Shown here in pieces: positions 1-12,468 of a stretch of DNA of 26,229 bases. The stretch lies in assembly GCA_051453625.1 (NCBI GenBank), contig JBOZIK010000001.1:6546373-6572601 (forward strand). The letters run 5' to 3'. Both the position numbers and the translations under genes were made by a program. The stretch comes from Welwitschia mirabilis (lineage: Eukaryota). The notes beneath the pieces were generated by a model that saw only the letters and a list, made by a program, of their open reading frames with translations, did no database searches and had not been told where the DNA came from. Each line of letters begins with the position of its first letter. Positions within the stretch are counted from its first letter, which is position 1.

Positions 1-792
1 AATCACTCATGTTAATAACCCTTTTTCTTTATACTTTTTTTGCCTTTTATACTTTTGATGTCTTCTTTGTCTTTACCTTAGTGAGATAGTTATTCAAAAA
101 TGCTTAAATACTATGCAACAACTATAAATGGCTAAGTTTTATTCATTCAATGGCTATTTTATTTTTTATTAATTTTTTGAGGTAGACATCTTTAATGTAG
201 TAGACGTCTTTATTAGACTAATGTATTTATCCTAGAAGATGTCTTCAGTCAAACTGCATAGATTTTAGTAATACTTAAATTACTATATCTTTATTCTTAG
301 AGATCATGAATTTAATGTGTAAAATGTTCTTGATTCCCTAAAATGTAGATAATTCATCATAGTATAATTTACCTCTATTACCTCTTTAATTTTAGCACAG
401 ATGTCTTTCATTCCGTAGACATCTTTAGATAGTTAAAATAGTATATATGTCTTTAGTTTTCTAGATGTCTTTCATCTATCTTAGCTTCTTGATCTAATAT
501 AGACGTGATTATCATGATAGATATATTGACCTATGACAAACTCAAATTTAGTCTAGATGACTTTAATATAGTGGATGTTTTCATCATAAATGTCTTTAGA
601 TATGTAGATATCTTCAAGAAATTGTGTATATTCTTCATGAATTTTGAAATGAAGCTTCTATGTACTTAGAACTTTGATGTTTGACTGGCTTAATCCTCAT
701 TTGAAGTTTAGTATTATCTAATTTTTTAGTCTACACATTAGACACATCATATTTGACAAGTGAAATTATTAAAACTAGGATTTTTACCAACA
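1..792 (-). repeat. 3' LTR of the SIRE-like element (partial; about 620 bp missing off the window)
   Basis: Position 1 'aatcactcatgt' matches 9127. The LTR ends ...ttaccaaCA at 792 (TG start on minus), directly next to the PPT. It contains about 12 decayed copies of the gtagACGTcttt palindrome. Confidence 0.95.
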
Positions 793-807
793 ATCTTCCC
801 CTTTTTG
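793..807 (-). promoter_or_regulatory. Polypurine tract of the SIRE-like element
   Basis: Minus strand reads caaaaaggggaagat immediately before the LTR start TGTTGG, matching the Sirevirus-type AAAAAGGGGGAGAT PPT. Confidence 0.92.
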
Positions 808-1241
808 ATGATGATCAAAACTTATCAAATCTCATTAGTGATATCATGTTAAAAATTTACTTAAGAAAAATTAATCCAAGAGAAGACACAATGTATTACA
901 TAAGGAATGTTACAAATTTAAAAAAGTAAAGACATTAGATAACAATATTGATAATCATTTATAAGATAATAAATAGGAAGTAGTACTAATAAACTGAATT
1001 GCTAGATACATGCCAAAACATAATTTATATTACATACACAAATAATCTCAACAAGAGATAGAGAATAATAAAAGATCATAAAAAATTATTAGGGAATGTG
1101 TTCCAATATGTAAAAGTAAGCATTAACAATTATGTCACTCACAGGAAGTCTAATCCATCCATATTAAATCCACATCCTCTAGGCTCACACAAGATGTCTA
1201 GTATGATGTAATTTAATTTACCCATTCAATCTGATTTACCT

Positions 1242-1258
1242 ATCTTCTCTTCCTTTTT
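1242..1258 (-). promoter_or_regulatory. Upstream (secondary) PPT-like motif
   Basis: Minus strand aaaaaggaagagaagat lies just after the stop of the extra ORF. Multiple PPTs are an established Sirevirus trait. Confidence 0.65.
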
Positions 1259-1275
1259 AGATAGCACAAAAAGTA

Positions 1276-2932
1276 CTATTCACTAAGGACCAAATCACTG
1301 GTATATCGAGTACCATCTCCTGCATCATCACTATCAGATGATATGGATGGAGGTGTATGCCACTTCCATGATGCCAGCTATAATAATTTATCATAACCCT
1401 GAGAGGCTTGTCTCCTCATACACGAGTATGTTTAAGAGGTAATAAGGTATTAAGAAGCTAGGTGTAGATGTCTTAGCAAAATTAGAAGCTAAGGATAGAG
1501 AAATGTTGAGAGTTAATGATGAATAAGAAATGTGATAGGTGATGGTGGAGATGGAAGACAAGGTGGTGAAGGTATATGACATGTAATGGAGGCTGTGTGA
1601 GATGATGAATAGATAGTTTGCAATGAGGCTTTAAAATACAAGAGGCTCATCATCAAATCTCTTAGATTCCACCTTCTATTTCCCCTATGCCTATGCTAGA
1701 TTTTATGATAGTTTTTTATGCCTCCTCTATGCTTGTGTTAGAGCTTAGTGATTCCCTTGAAGGTGTGACTCCTTCTTTGTGGACTCTGAGGAATCTGAAT
1801 CATTAGCTTTACCAAAATCATAACTTGTAGTAGGAGGTGCAGGAGGTGCCTCTGCCTCAGATTTCTTCTCTAAATCAAATCAAGTGAGAGTCCTTATGGA
1901 TTTCCAACTACTTGTAGGTGCATCTTTCTTACTAGCTATGTACTAGTGCTTCTTTAATCTCAAGAGATTTCTTTTAATATTACCTATCATTTTTGCAATT
2001 GCTTCGAGACCCTTCTTTATTGATGAGGAATTATAGATAGTTTTACAATAAGAGTAGTGAAATTATGCCTCAGAAGGTCTCCTACTTCTGCCTTTACTTG
2101 CTAGCATTGAAGCCCATCACTTTGCACTGAACTTTGAAAGTAGAATTTTGGGATGAATGAGATTAACCTATGAAACTGAAATGCTGGCATCACTAATTAT
2201 TAGGCCAATCAAACAAGGATGATCCAAGATATGATCCTTACAAAAGAGTGTAATAATATTCATGAACAAGATAAAGCTAAGATTAATTTTGATTCCTATG
2301 AGAAGACAATATACTACAAATTTCTGTATGGATTTGTAATAGCTATAGCTATCTCTATGAACTAATATAGTATAAAATGTAATCAAACTTAGAATGGATG
2401 CATTAGAAACCATGTATTTACATTCTACATTCTCATAAAAATTCATCTTTGAATGTTCAAAAATAACATTGCTTAATGAATGCTATAAAATTGTAATAAA
2501 GCAACATGTAAAGATATCCTTGAAAGAATGCATATACAACTAAGAAATCTCTAAATCATCAATTTTAAACATGGAATTGATAAAACTAAACATAAGAAAG
2601 AGATAGATACCTGTTACTCAAGTCTGAAAATTATTTATTTTATCATCTATTTCATGAATGTTGATATAGAATTCACAAACAATGGGATCTAGAATGCTTT
2701 GCTCTAATTAAACTATCATGCCCTAATCAAAATGAGAGAAATAAAATAGGTGCTAACATTTCCTGTGTTTTTGAAAGCTAAGGGTTCTTTTTGCAATAAT
2801 GGAGTTTTTGATCCATGTTTTAAAATGTTTTGCAGCTAATTCATGGTAAAATTATAGTTCATACTAAGATCTATGAGTTTTAATGATAGGTTCCTTTCCT
2901 TTTAAGGCATCATAGGTTTTTCTCCTTATCAT
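1276..2932 (-). pseudogene. Decayed extra ('env-like') ORF of the SIRE element; resembles the putative plant transposon protein domain (PF20167/Transposase_32-like), followed by a Pro/Ser/acidic linker and a possible coiled coil
   Basis: ATG at 2932 reads MIRRKTYDALKGKEP...AAKHFKTW...IIAKRTL...IVCEFYINIHE...FQT*VTGI, in frame with track ORF 2168..2446 (YCLLIGIKINLS...LDHPCLIGLII). Later segments read EAEAPPAPPTT and end ..SSDSDDAGDGTRYTSDLVLSE*. Several in-frame stops. Confidence 0.75.
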
Positions 2933-3217
2933 TTTGAAATTAAAACACTAAAAGAGCTAAACTCTGATAAGAAAATGTAAAAGAACCAATGAAGAAAACA
3001 CCTATTAAAGAAAAGGGCATGTGATTTTTTGGCTGTGAAGACTTCTTCTAAATCAAAAACATCTATGCTAAGAGATCTAAGAAAAGCTATAGAGTACTCT
3101 AAGAGGGACACCTATTGAGTGAAGGATTGAAATTATGGGATGGTAGTCTCCTTCTTGAATAAAAAGAATTAAAACACCTTATCTTAGTGTGCATTTTAAT
3201 TTTGGATGTGTTACGTG

Positions 3218-3470
3218 AAAGATGTCTACTACTTGAAAGGCATCTACATGAAAAAAGTAGATTTCTATTAATTAAACATACATCTACTGTTAAAAAAAAT
3301 TTAATGGTTACCTATTCATTACAAAGATATCTATATAATCAAAGATGTCCATTTTGAAAATCACCATAACTTAAAAAATAATACCTGAACTCTTAATACA
3401 TCTGAAATCCCAAAGACATCTGCTCAAAATATGTCTATAAATTAAAGACATCTCTAAGATATACATCTAT
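3218..3470. repeat. Internal array of about 10 degenerate aaagACGTctac motifs (inverted copy of the LTR repeat motif)
   Basis: Copies near 3218, 3236, 3277, 3323, 3341, 3395, 3412, 3427, 3444 and 3460. Segment 3218..3247 matches the reverse complement of LTR 182..211 at 24/30 bases. Confidence 0.8.
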
Positions 3471-3673
3471 CCCTTAAAAGAAATCTTTTCTATAAAACTG
3501 ATACTTTAAAATTTTCTATAGCTAATATTAATATTAGATGACCATAGCTTCAAAGAATGATGAAGTAACATGTACATGATATGCTAGTCTATGTTTTAGC
3601 TAATATCAAAACTTATAGAGTATTAAAGTATGGAGTTGATATTTTGAGACTAATTACCTTGTAACTTACTTGA

Positions 3674-6600
3674 TTAGCAAGGCTCAATCCCCAAGTTCCT
3701 ACATAATTTGATAAATCTATCACCACTTAGTATTTTAATAAGAACATCAGTGAGTTTATCATTAGTATTAATATATTTTAACATAATGTTCTTATTTTGT
3801 ACATTCTCTATAAGGAAGTGATGTCTAATCTTAATATGTTTGGTGCTTAAATGCTAAATTAGATTCTTTGAGATTTTAATAGTACTTTTGTTGTCATGAT
3901 GAATGGAAATACTTTTCATGATTATTCTAAACTCTTTTAATATTTTCTTTATCTAAAGTAACTTATTACAACAACTTCCAGTAGTAATGTATTCTACCTG
4001 GGCAGTTGAAAGGGTAGCTAAATTTTGCTTTTTTCTACTCTAAGACACCAAGCATTATGCAAGAAAAAAACAATTTCTACTAGTTCTCCTTATATCATCC
4101 TTGTAACCTAGTAAATCTACATCACAATCTTTAACTATATTAATGTAGAAGTCCTTTGAATAGAAAAGGCCCTAGTTAATAGTACTTTAGGATCACTTTG
4201 ATATTGGACACAAATTCCTATACTTAAAATGATATCAGGACTATTAGTAGTATGATTCAATAAACTATTAGTCATATCCTCTGTATAGCTTTTAGTCAAA
4301 CTTCTTACAATTCTCATCCTTATCCAGTTTCATTCTTTAGCTCATTGGAATATCTTTTACCATGCAATCCTGTAAGCCACACTTAATGAATAAATTTTTA
4401 ACATATTTAGTTTGAGAAATAAACATATGTTATTTGTATTGCATAACTTAAAGCCCCAGCAAGTTACTCATTTCTCCCATAAGAATCATTTCAAATTCAT
4501 TCTATATTATCTTAGCAAACTTATTATATAATGATTCATTAATAGCATCAAATGTGATATCATCCACATAGATTTGTATAATAGTAAAATATTTACCATC
4601 TATTTTAATAAAAAAGGTAATACCAAATGTACATCTTTTAAATCCATTTTCTATTAAACCTCCTAGGAGTTTTTTATGCTAATGTTTAGGTACTTGCTTG
4701 AGACCACAGAGAGCCTTTTCAATCTATAAATATAATCTAAGATGGGAGTCAGTAAAACCTTTAGGTTGTTTAACATATACCTCTTCTTAAAGTACTCCAT
4801 TTAGAAAGGCAGTTTTGACATCAATTTGATAAAGTCTGAATCCTTTCACACATGCAAAGACTAAGATCATTCCTATAGACTCCATATGTGCTACTAGTGT
4901 AAAAGATTTTTCAAAGTCTATACCTTCTTATTGGTTGTGCTCTTTAGCTATTAACCTTGCTTTATTTCTAATAACATTACTATTTTTATTTGTTTTATTT
5001 CTAAAGACCTATTTTGTGATAATAATAGGTTTATTGGATGTCCTTGAAGTGAGTTCCTAGACATCATATATTTCAAACTGATTAAGTTCTTCTTACATTG
5101 TCAACATCCAATGCTTATCACTTTCTACTTCAATGAGAGTTTTGGGTTCTATTTGAGAGGTTTATGCTACAAATCCATAGAATTTCTTAGTAATAATTTG
5201 AGTATAAATACCTCTATATGCACTATTAATGATGTTACTTATAGAATTACTTCTTTTTAGTTTGATCATGTTTGAATAGATTTCTTTCTCTATTTCTTCT
5301 TCCTTTTTTCCTTACTATATGATTATGCTTAAGGTTTGCTAGAGGGTTGTCCAAGCTGTATAAGAACATAGTCATGCTACACATAAATAGAAGTTAAATC
5401 AGTATCATCTATTTTAACATTAATAGGTTTCTCTGCTACATTAGTTCTATTGTTGAACACTCAGTAGGCTTTATTAGTCATGAAGTAACCTATAAAAGTT
5501 TCATTTTCAACTTTGAAATAAAATTTTCTTAGATTATATTTTTATTTAAAATAAAACATTTTAAATCAAACACATGAAAATAACTTACTAAGGGTTTCTT
5601 ACTAGATCATGGTTCATGTGAGGTTTTGAAAGTAAAGAATCTTACTAAAACTTGATTGGAAATTTAGTATGCAGTGTTAATGGCTTCTGTCCAAAAATGA
5701 TATGGAACCTATTGATTGTACATCATCATTCTTGCATTTCATTTGGAACCTTATTCTTTCTTTTAGCATCTTCATTCTGCTATGGAGTTCTTGATGCAAA
5801 GAATTGGTGAAGGATGCCAAACTATTTACAAATGTCTCTAAACCTTATAATATTAAATTTGATGATTATTACTTCTTATTATCTTAATTTTATATCCTTT
5901 TTGATTCTATAACCTAATATAAACTTATACAAAATGTAAAATGTATCATCCTCATAAGCAAGGAAGGCTATCCATGTGAAATAAAAGTAATCCTTAATAA
6001 TAGTTACGTAATATATTTTCTTACCAAAACTTTTAGTAGTAACAAGACCAAGAATATCAAGATGCAAAAGATCTAAATGGCATTTACTAGTGATAGAGTT
6101 TTTCTTATCAAATCTTGCCCTTGTTTGCTTTTCTCTTTAGCATGCCTCACAAAGTTGATCATCAAACTTTTACAACTTAGAAAGTCCTCTTACTATATAT
6201 TTTGATGATAAGATCTTTATAAAGTCCTAATTCATGTGGTCAATCTTCCTATGCTATAGCTTTGTTTCACTTGTGATAGTTAATAGACACTTTATTCCCT
6301 AGTTAAAAATATCTTATAAAGTATTGATGTAGACATCAGATTTTCTAATTCTCATGAATAATACTTTATTTAAATTGTACTCTTTGATAACACAATCATC
6401 TTCGGTGAAAGTTACAAAAAATTTTGCATCACATAATTGACTAAAACTAAGAATATTATGTTGCAATCATTCTATAAAAATGGAGGGGAAAAAACACATT
6501 TTTAACCTTGGGAAAATTATCTCCTTCAATGTTTCCAAAACCTTTAATGAAAGTATTTTTATTGTTACCAAAGGTGACCACTCCTTTTTATTTCTCTACC

Positions 6601-8445
6601 AAGATTGTAAAGCTAAATTTATCTCCAATCATTTGTCTTGAACATTCATTTTTAACATTATAGACATGTTTCTTTACCACTGGTAGTACAATCTAAGCTA
6701 AAAGAGCTAGTCTTAGTTTTGAAATTCATATCTTCTTTGGTTTAGTCTACATAAAAAATTGTATCATACTTCTTGGTCTTTTGGCATTGTTAGGTAATAT
6801 CTAGTGTTGATTTTAAATGGATAATTAAACTAATAATGACCACACTTATAGCACTAATAATAGGTAATATTATTATTATAAACTATATATTCATACCTTG
6901 ACTTGTAGTTCCATTTGCTAAACAATGATGCTGAAGTACTAGTGAGGCTTCATTATGGCCTAAGCCACTTTTATCATTTGGACTTCCTCATTATCTAAGC
7001 ACGATGTTTAAGATCTTTTTTTATTGGGTAAACTTCTCATTGATTTTTTTAGTATTAGCAAGTTCCTATCTAACATTCTTTAATTCATACATCATCTTAC
7101 TAATCTCAATTTCAAGAGTTGAGCTCTCAAATGATAATATATTGCAAGTATCCTTTTCATGTTCATATAATAATTTACAAGAATGGGGCATTTTTTTTCA
7201 ATTTTAAAACATACCTTTTATAACTTAATAAATTATTCATAAATTAATTCATCCCTGTATTGAAGTTCCATATCTAGTTCATATTCAATTTTTTATTCAG
7301 ATTTTTTTTTCTTTCTTTATTATCCTTTTAGTTATGCATAATGATTATATAAGATGGATGAGCTCTTTTATCATCAGAGGCCTCTACTTTAGTTGCATCC
7401 TCATCATCATCCTAGCTTATGAGAAAAATATCTCTTCTTCTTAAATTCCTTCTTTTGTACTTTCACATGTAATCTATTAACGCTAGGACATTTTGAGGTT
7501 ATGGGTCCTTGTCCTCACAAACCCAACCTTCTAACTTGGAATATTAAAATTAGATGAAAGTGAAAAGCTATTAGAATTTTTACCTTTGGACTTACCTCTA
7601 GCTTAAAATTTTGAATGTTTTTTATAGCCCTTCTTCTTATTTCTCTTTCGTGAAAGAAGGCTTTTGACTCACCTTATGATAAGAGCAAGTTCTTCTTTTA
7701 CATCATATTCAAATGAATATCCATTTAATACTTCTTTTATTTTACTTTTAGAATCTTACCTTAGGTTTTCATTATCTTTATGAGTAGTAGGCTTCTCCTT
7801 CTGAGCACCATCTTGAATAGGATTCATCTTGTAAGCCATTAGAGTACCTTGTAATTCCTCAATCTTTATTATATTTAAATATATTAATTCTTTCATGAAT
7901 ATTATTTTAGATTTGTATTCTAGATTTAAGGATCTAATAATATTTTAAATTATCTTATCCTATCGAACATTTTTACCAATGCCACATATGGCATTCACTA
8001 TGTTAGGGATCTTATGAATTACTCATGTACTTTCTCTCCATTGTTCAAGGGTTTTTAAACTGATTAGTTTAAACAAGGAGCTTTGATTTCTTAACGGTGG
8101 AGATTCCTTCATATGTTTTCACTATAACATCTCTATCTCTTATGTTGTTTTACATCTAGTTATTCAGTTTAATTCCTCCATTGTAAGGGCTAAGTAAAGA
8201 TTATTCTTTGCCTTTGAATCGTACATGAATGTTTTCATGTTTTTGTCCTTCTAGTTACTTCTAGGTTTGTTTTATGTGATAAAGTTCCCTGTGGCATCCA
8301 TAATGGTTCTTGTAGGTTCTGAGTATCCATGTTTAATGCTTTATCAAATCTAAAGCTCATAAGATTACAATTACACCCTTATCCTCATCTTCTAATAGGC
8401 ATACTTAGGACCATCAAAGAGTGGAGTTAGATGCATGACACCCAT
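3674..8445 (-). pseudogene. Copia gag-pol polyprotein pseudogene (gag, two degenerate Zn knuckles, protease, integrase, RT, RNase H)
   Basis: Minus-strand motifs: PLFDGPKYAY*KMR (gag, ~8420); *CYKCGHY (~6840); NECSRQMIGDK (PR, ~6630); LLHLDILG and SRTP*QN (IN, 5770-6070); RNKARL, LYQIDVKTAFLNG and QIYVDDI (RT, 4555-4970); TKHIKIRHHFL and RFIKLCRNLGIEPC* (RH, stop at 3674). Many stops and frameshifts. Confidence 0.95.
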
Positions 8446-8488
8446 TTCATAGTTAACTCAAGGATGTTACTCCTTTTCATGGGTACTT

Positions 8489-8500
8489 ACTTTGATACCA
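8489..8500 (-). promoter_or_regulatory. Primer binding site (tRNA-iMet type)
   Basis: Minus strand tggtatcaaagt versus consensus TGGTATCAGAGC, 2 bp from the LTR end. Confidence 0.9.
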
Positions 8501-8502
8501 CT

Positions 8503-9862
8503 TGAGGATCATTGAAATCAGATAGTAGGGCTAAATAAGACTTACTAATAAAAAAATTCACTATTAAAATCAAATAAAAATACACAATAAATACCTTAGC
8601 AGATTAACGTGGTTCCCTAACTTGGGTTCATTCATACATAGAGGGTAGCTTTTCTTCATACCTCTGGATATTCTTAACCTACAAAATAGTGTTTGTAACA
8701 TCACCAACCTCACATATAAATAATAATCTTCTCACAAGGTAGCACTCTCTTCCCCTTAGGGATTGCAATATACAAAAAATCGAAGTGTGCTTATAAGCAC
8801 TTAAGGAGGTATACCCATACAAGGGTTGCCTTACAATTTGGAATCCCAAGAAAGGGGTTCTAAATAAAATAATAACTAATGAATTAAGAAGAGTGAATTC
8901 AAAAATATTATAGTCTTACAATGACATGCTAATAGATAATACTAACAAAGGAAACAATAAGCCTAAAAGATATTACTTTGATGCAATGCTTAAGTTTTCT
9001 GTATTATGGTCTCTTATGAGTATCTAAGATCAAAGTGATGCAGATTTAAGAAAGAAAATGATCAAGTAATGTATTTATTAAATAATCCTCTTCATCAAGG
9101 TTACAGAAATCTTTATTAGTAGTGCTAATCACTCATGTGAGTAACCCTTTTTCTTTACACATTTTTTACCTTCTATACCTTTGATGTCTTCTTCACATTT
9201 ACCGTAGTGATTTAAATACCATTCAGTGACTACAAAATACCAAGTTTTGATCATTCAATAGATTTTTTGACATAGACATCTTTAATGTAGTAGATGTCGT
9301 TTTGAGGTATATGTCTTAATCCTAGAAAATGTATTTGGTCAAACTACCTAGATTGTTGTATCTTTGATCCTTATAGATCATGAATTTAATGCATAAAAAT
9401 TTCTTGATTCCCTAGAATGTAGATAATTCATCATAGTATAATTTATCTTTAGTACTTCTTTTATTTTAGCACAGACATCTTTGATTTTGTAGATGTTTTT
9501 AATAGCTAAAGCAATATAGATTTCTTTAGGTTATGAGATGTCTTTCACCTATCTTAGCTCCTTGGTTTAATATATATTTCTTTGTCATGATAGATGTATT
9601 TCCCATGATAAAATCAGATTCGGTCTATATGTCTTTAATATAGTAGACGTCTTCACCGTAGACATCTTTAGATACGCAAATGTCTTGAGTCAATTGTAAT
9701 ATCTTTCATGAATTTTGAGCTAAAGCTTCTGTGTACTTTGAACTTTGAGGTTTAACTGGCTTAATCTAGATTTATAATTTAGTGTTCTCCAATTTTTCTA
9801 TTTGCACATTAGACACATGATATTATATAAGTGGAATCATTAAAACTAGAATTTTACCAATA
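8503..9862 (-). repeat. 5' LTR of the SIRE-like element (1360 bp)
   Basis: Starts TGaggatc next to the PBS and ends ...ttaccaaTA (CA>TA) at 9862, collinear with 1..792. Contains the ACGT palindrome array and a decayed TATA-like box near 9071..9080. Confidence 0.92.
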
Positions 9863-9863
9863 A

Positions 9864-10790
9864 TGGATACTTAATTTCATTATAAGAATCTATCCCCCTT
9901 CCTCTATTAGACATTCATTTATTTTTACCACTATAGAGTATAGTACAATATGAATGGAGGTACAAGCAAGTAGACAACCAAATACAAAGATAGTAATAGA
10001 CTTTCTAGAAAAAAACATCATCACTTACTTTAGGCATCCCTAGGCCCTGGTCCATGATAATTTTAAAGCATTCACCTTTATCAGGTTTACAAGAATGATA
10101 TTATGATAATAATATTTCTTTTAATATCTATATAATATATTACCCTTGGTGAAAAGGCCTAACAGAATCCTTAAATAAAAACTTGCTCACATGGATAAAC
10201 AAGATAATGATCACATCCTCCTCCTCTTTCCTTATGGGGAGAAAAAAGATTTCAAACTTCTATGAAGATATGGATTTAGCTGTCCAAAATAAGTTGAGAA
10301 GATGGTATATCTTTATCAAGTATATGTTAAGGGCCAATATATTAAGGCACAAGATCAATATCTAATCCAATTCCTACTATCTAATATATTGCCAAAGATC
10401 CTACCTTACTAATTAGATTCATTTAGAGATTTATGAGTTCATGGAGGCATCTCTGAGTTCTTTGGAAGCTTTATTAGATAGGAAGCTAGAACTATGAGAA
10501 TTACAAAACACATGAGATAAAGCCCTCCCTATCATGCTAAGGCACTAGACTATCGTCAAATGATTGTCTAATATGAGAATAACTCTTAAAATGCTTCTAT
10601 ATCAAGGATCTAATACTACTTAGAGGTTAAATTATAGATAAGGTTGAAGGAAATCAAAAGTTCTCTTTCCTTTATATGGAACCCTATTAGATCATATCAT
10701 TCATTGGAAACCAAGATCATAGAACTACTAACCTCTAATCAAAATGATTCTTGACACATACAATAGCTTTTACCTTCATTACTATTTTAT
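9864..10790 (+). pseudogene. Gypsy (Tat-like) integrase core and C-terminal GPY/F domain, decayed
   Basis: Reads WILNFIIRIYPPSSIRHSFIFTTIEYSTI*MEV...IVIDFLEKNIITYFRHP*ALVHDNFKAF...YYPW*KGLTESLNKNL, resembling WGLDFIG.I.PPSS..H.FILTATDYFTKW...YYPQGNGLAES.NK. Later segments read KFSFLYMEPY*I and NSFYLHYYF. Confidence 0.85.
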
Positions 10791-10999
10791 AGCTCTTCCA
10801 GTTTTCTCCTAGGGTAAATATCTCTTTCATTCCTAAAATATCTTGTACATAGTAGGATAATAGTTTTAAGTTTAAGTTTCTTTTAGTATTAAAATTACTG
10901 GATAATAGTTAGTATAAGTTAATTAAAATCAAATTGTATAGTTTTAAAAGAATAGAAATCTTCTTCTATTGAAACCAATAAGCAGCTATTACATTAAGT

Positions 11000-12468
11000 C
11001 AAAGTCTACTCTAAAGCTACAGCTCAATAAAAATAAGAATAAATAGTAAAACATAAAGGTCTATAAAATTTCATTAGAATTCTAGGAGGTATTATCTTCA
11101 TAACCACCTAGCTAATCTTTAAAAATGTTTAGAAAAGTTAGAAAATCCTCACTTACAAGAGCTAATCCAAGATCCTCTTCCTTTCAACCCACTTATCTAT
11201 TAGCTTATTCAAGATTTTAGATATATTCTAATTCTTTTTCTACTTTAATTTAATTTTGGTGATTTTCCCCTTTAACTTTGAGGTAGCCTCCTCAATTACT
11301 ATAGTCAGTCTTTTTGCTTTTTTTACTTAACAATGAGCCTTGGTTTCCATGGACCAAGACTCTTCTAGCTTGTGCCTCTTATCAATGTCATACTGTTACT
11401 TGAGGTTGGATAGCTCAATTACAACATATTTAGTCATCTTTGAAGAGATATATTTCTCCTAAATTAGCAGATACTAGTCTCTCCTTGAAATAAGATAAGT
11501 AATGAAAACTATTAGAGAAGGATTAAGGCTAAATGATTACAACAAGAAATGGATCATCTATTTACAAGGTGAAGGTAGTGTAATCTCTTAGGTAAGTTCT
11601 TATTTCTCCAACATCATAGTCTTTCCCTTACTCCTACAATTGGAACCCCTAATCGAAGTAAAGGATTCTCTACAATAAAATAAAGCCAATTCTTAATCCC
11701 ATATAGAAACAAAAATACATCATATTTTAAAGAAAAGAAAAGACAAAGAAAAAGAGAAAGACAAGAAAAGTAGATTGTAATAAACATCTCCTTAAGGATA
11801 GCCACCTCATTATCATCTAGTAAAGGATATTGTTAAAATTTAGCTTTCTTTTTTCTGCTCAAGAACTCCTTGGCATAAGATAAGACCTTAATCATGCATA
11901 GGAAATTCTTGATGTAGGTTTGTATCTTTTCTATAAAATAATTTTAATCTATCTTTCATTCATTAAAAAAGACATATAACTTCTCTTTCGTAATCTCTCT
12001 ATAGTATAAACTAGTGCTAAAAAATAATTGAGAGCTTGAAGTGGCCTTCCCACCCATGGAAAGAGACAAGACATTCTCTCTTACCAATCTACTTCTAGGC
12101 TAAACTTTTGTGGACTAAGCATAAAAGGCTATCATATACCTTATCTTCTTATTTCTTTGGCAATGTGTGAGGTTGATAAATATCTTCTCTTTGACTATAT
12201 TTATCTAGAAGTACTTTATTCCATGGGATAGTATCTCTCACATTGCCTTGAAGAATACTTGAGAAATGTGAGTTTTTTTATCAAAGAGGATAAGTCTAAA
12301 GTAAGTAAAGATACACATTAATTAGAATGATTGTTTAAGAAGATCGACTATTATCCAATCCATTTCATGTACTAGGCATAAAACTTAGGAAATTCCATTT
12401 TGTAGGTCTCAGGTATTTATCTCTTATTTAGCTCTATTTCTTAACTTAGCTTCAGGAATTAAATCCAT
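11000..12468 (-). pseudogene. Possible decayed antisense accessory ORF of the Tat-like element
   Basis: A minus-strand frame from ATG 12468 runs through track ORF 11614..11805 (11 stops in the first 221 codons by my count). A Lys/Glu-rich, coiled-coil-like stretch lies at about 11150..11450. Its position 3' of integrase fits known Tat/Retand antisense ORFs. Confidence 0.4.

Larger units (their letters stand above)
1..9862 (-). mobile_element. Ty1/copia LTR retrotransposon, Sirevirus (SIRE/Maximus)-like, decayed; 3' end truncated by the window edge
   Basis: Paired LTRs (1..792 aligns to 9127..9862). Met-type PBS at 8489..8500 and PPT at 793..807. Copia domain order gag-PR-IN-RT-RH on the minus strand. 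A ~2.9 kb post-pol region holds an extra ORF and a second PPT, typical of Sireviruses. Confidence 0.93.

Noticed and set aside
182..620. Spaced short repeats resembling a CRISPR array
   Set aside because: The units are 12-bp degenerate palindromes with irregular spacing inside an LTR. There are no cas genes and the context is eukaryotic.
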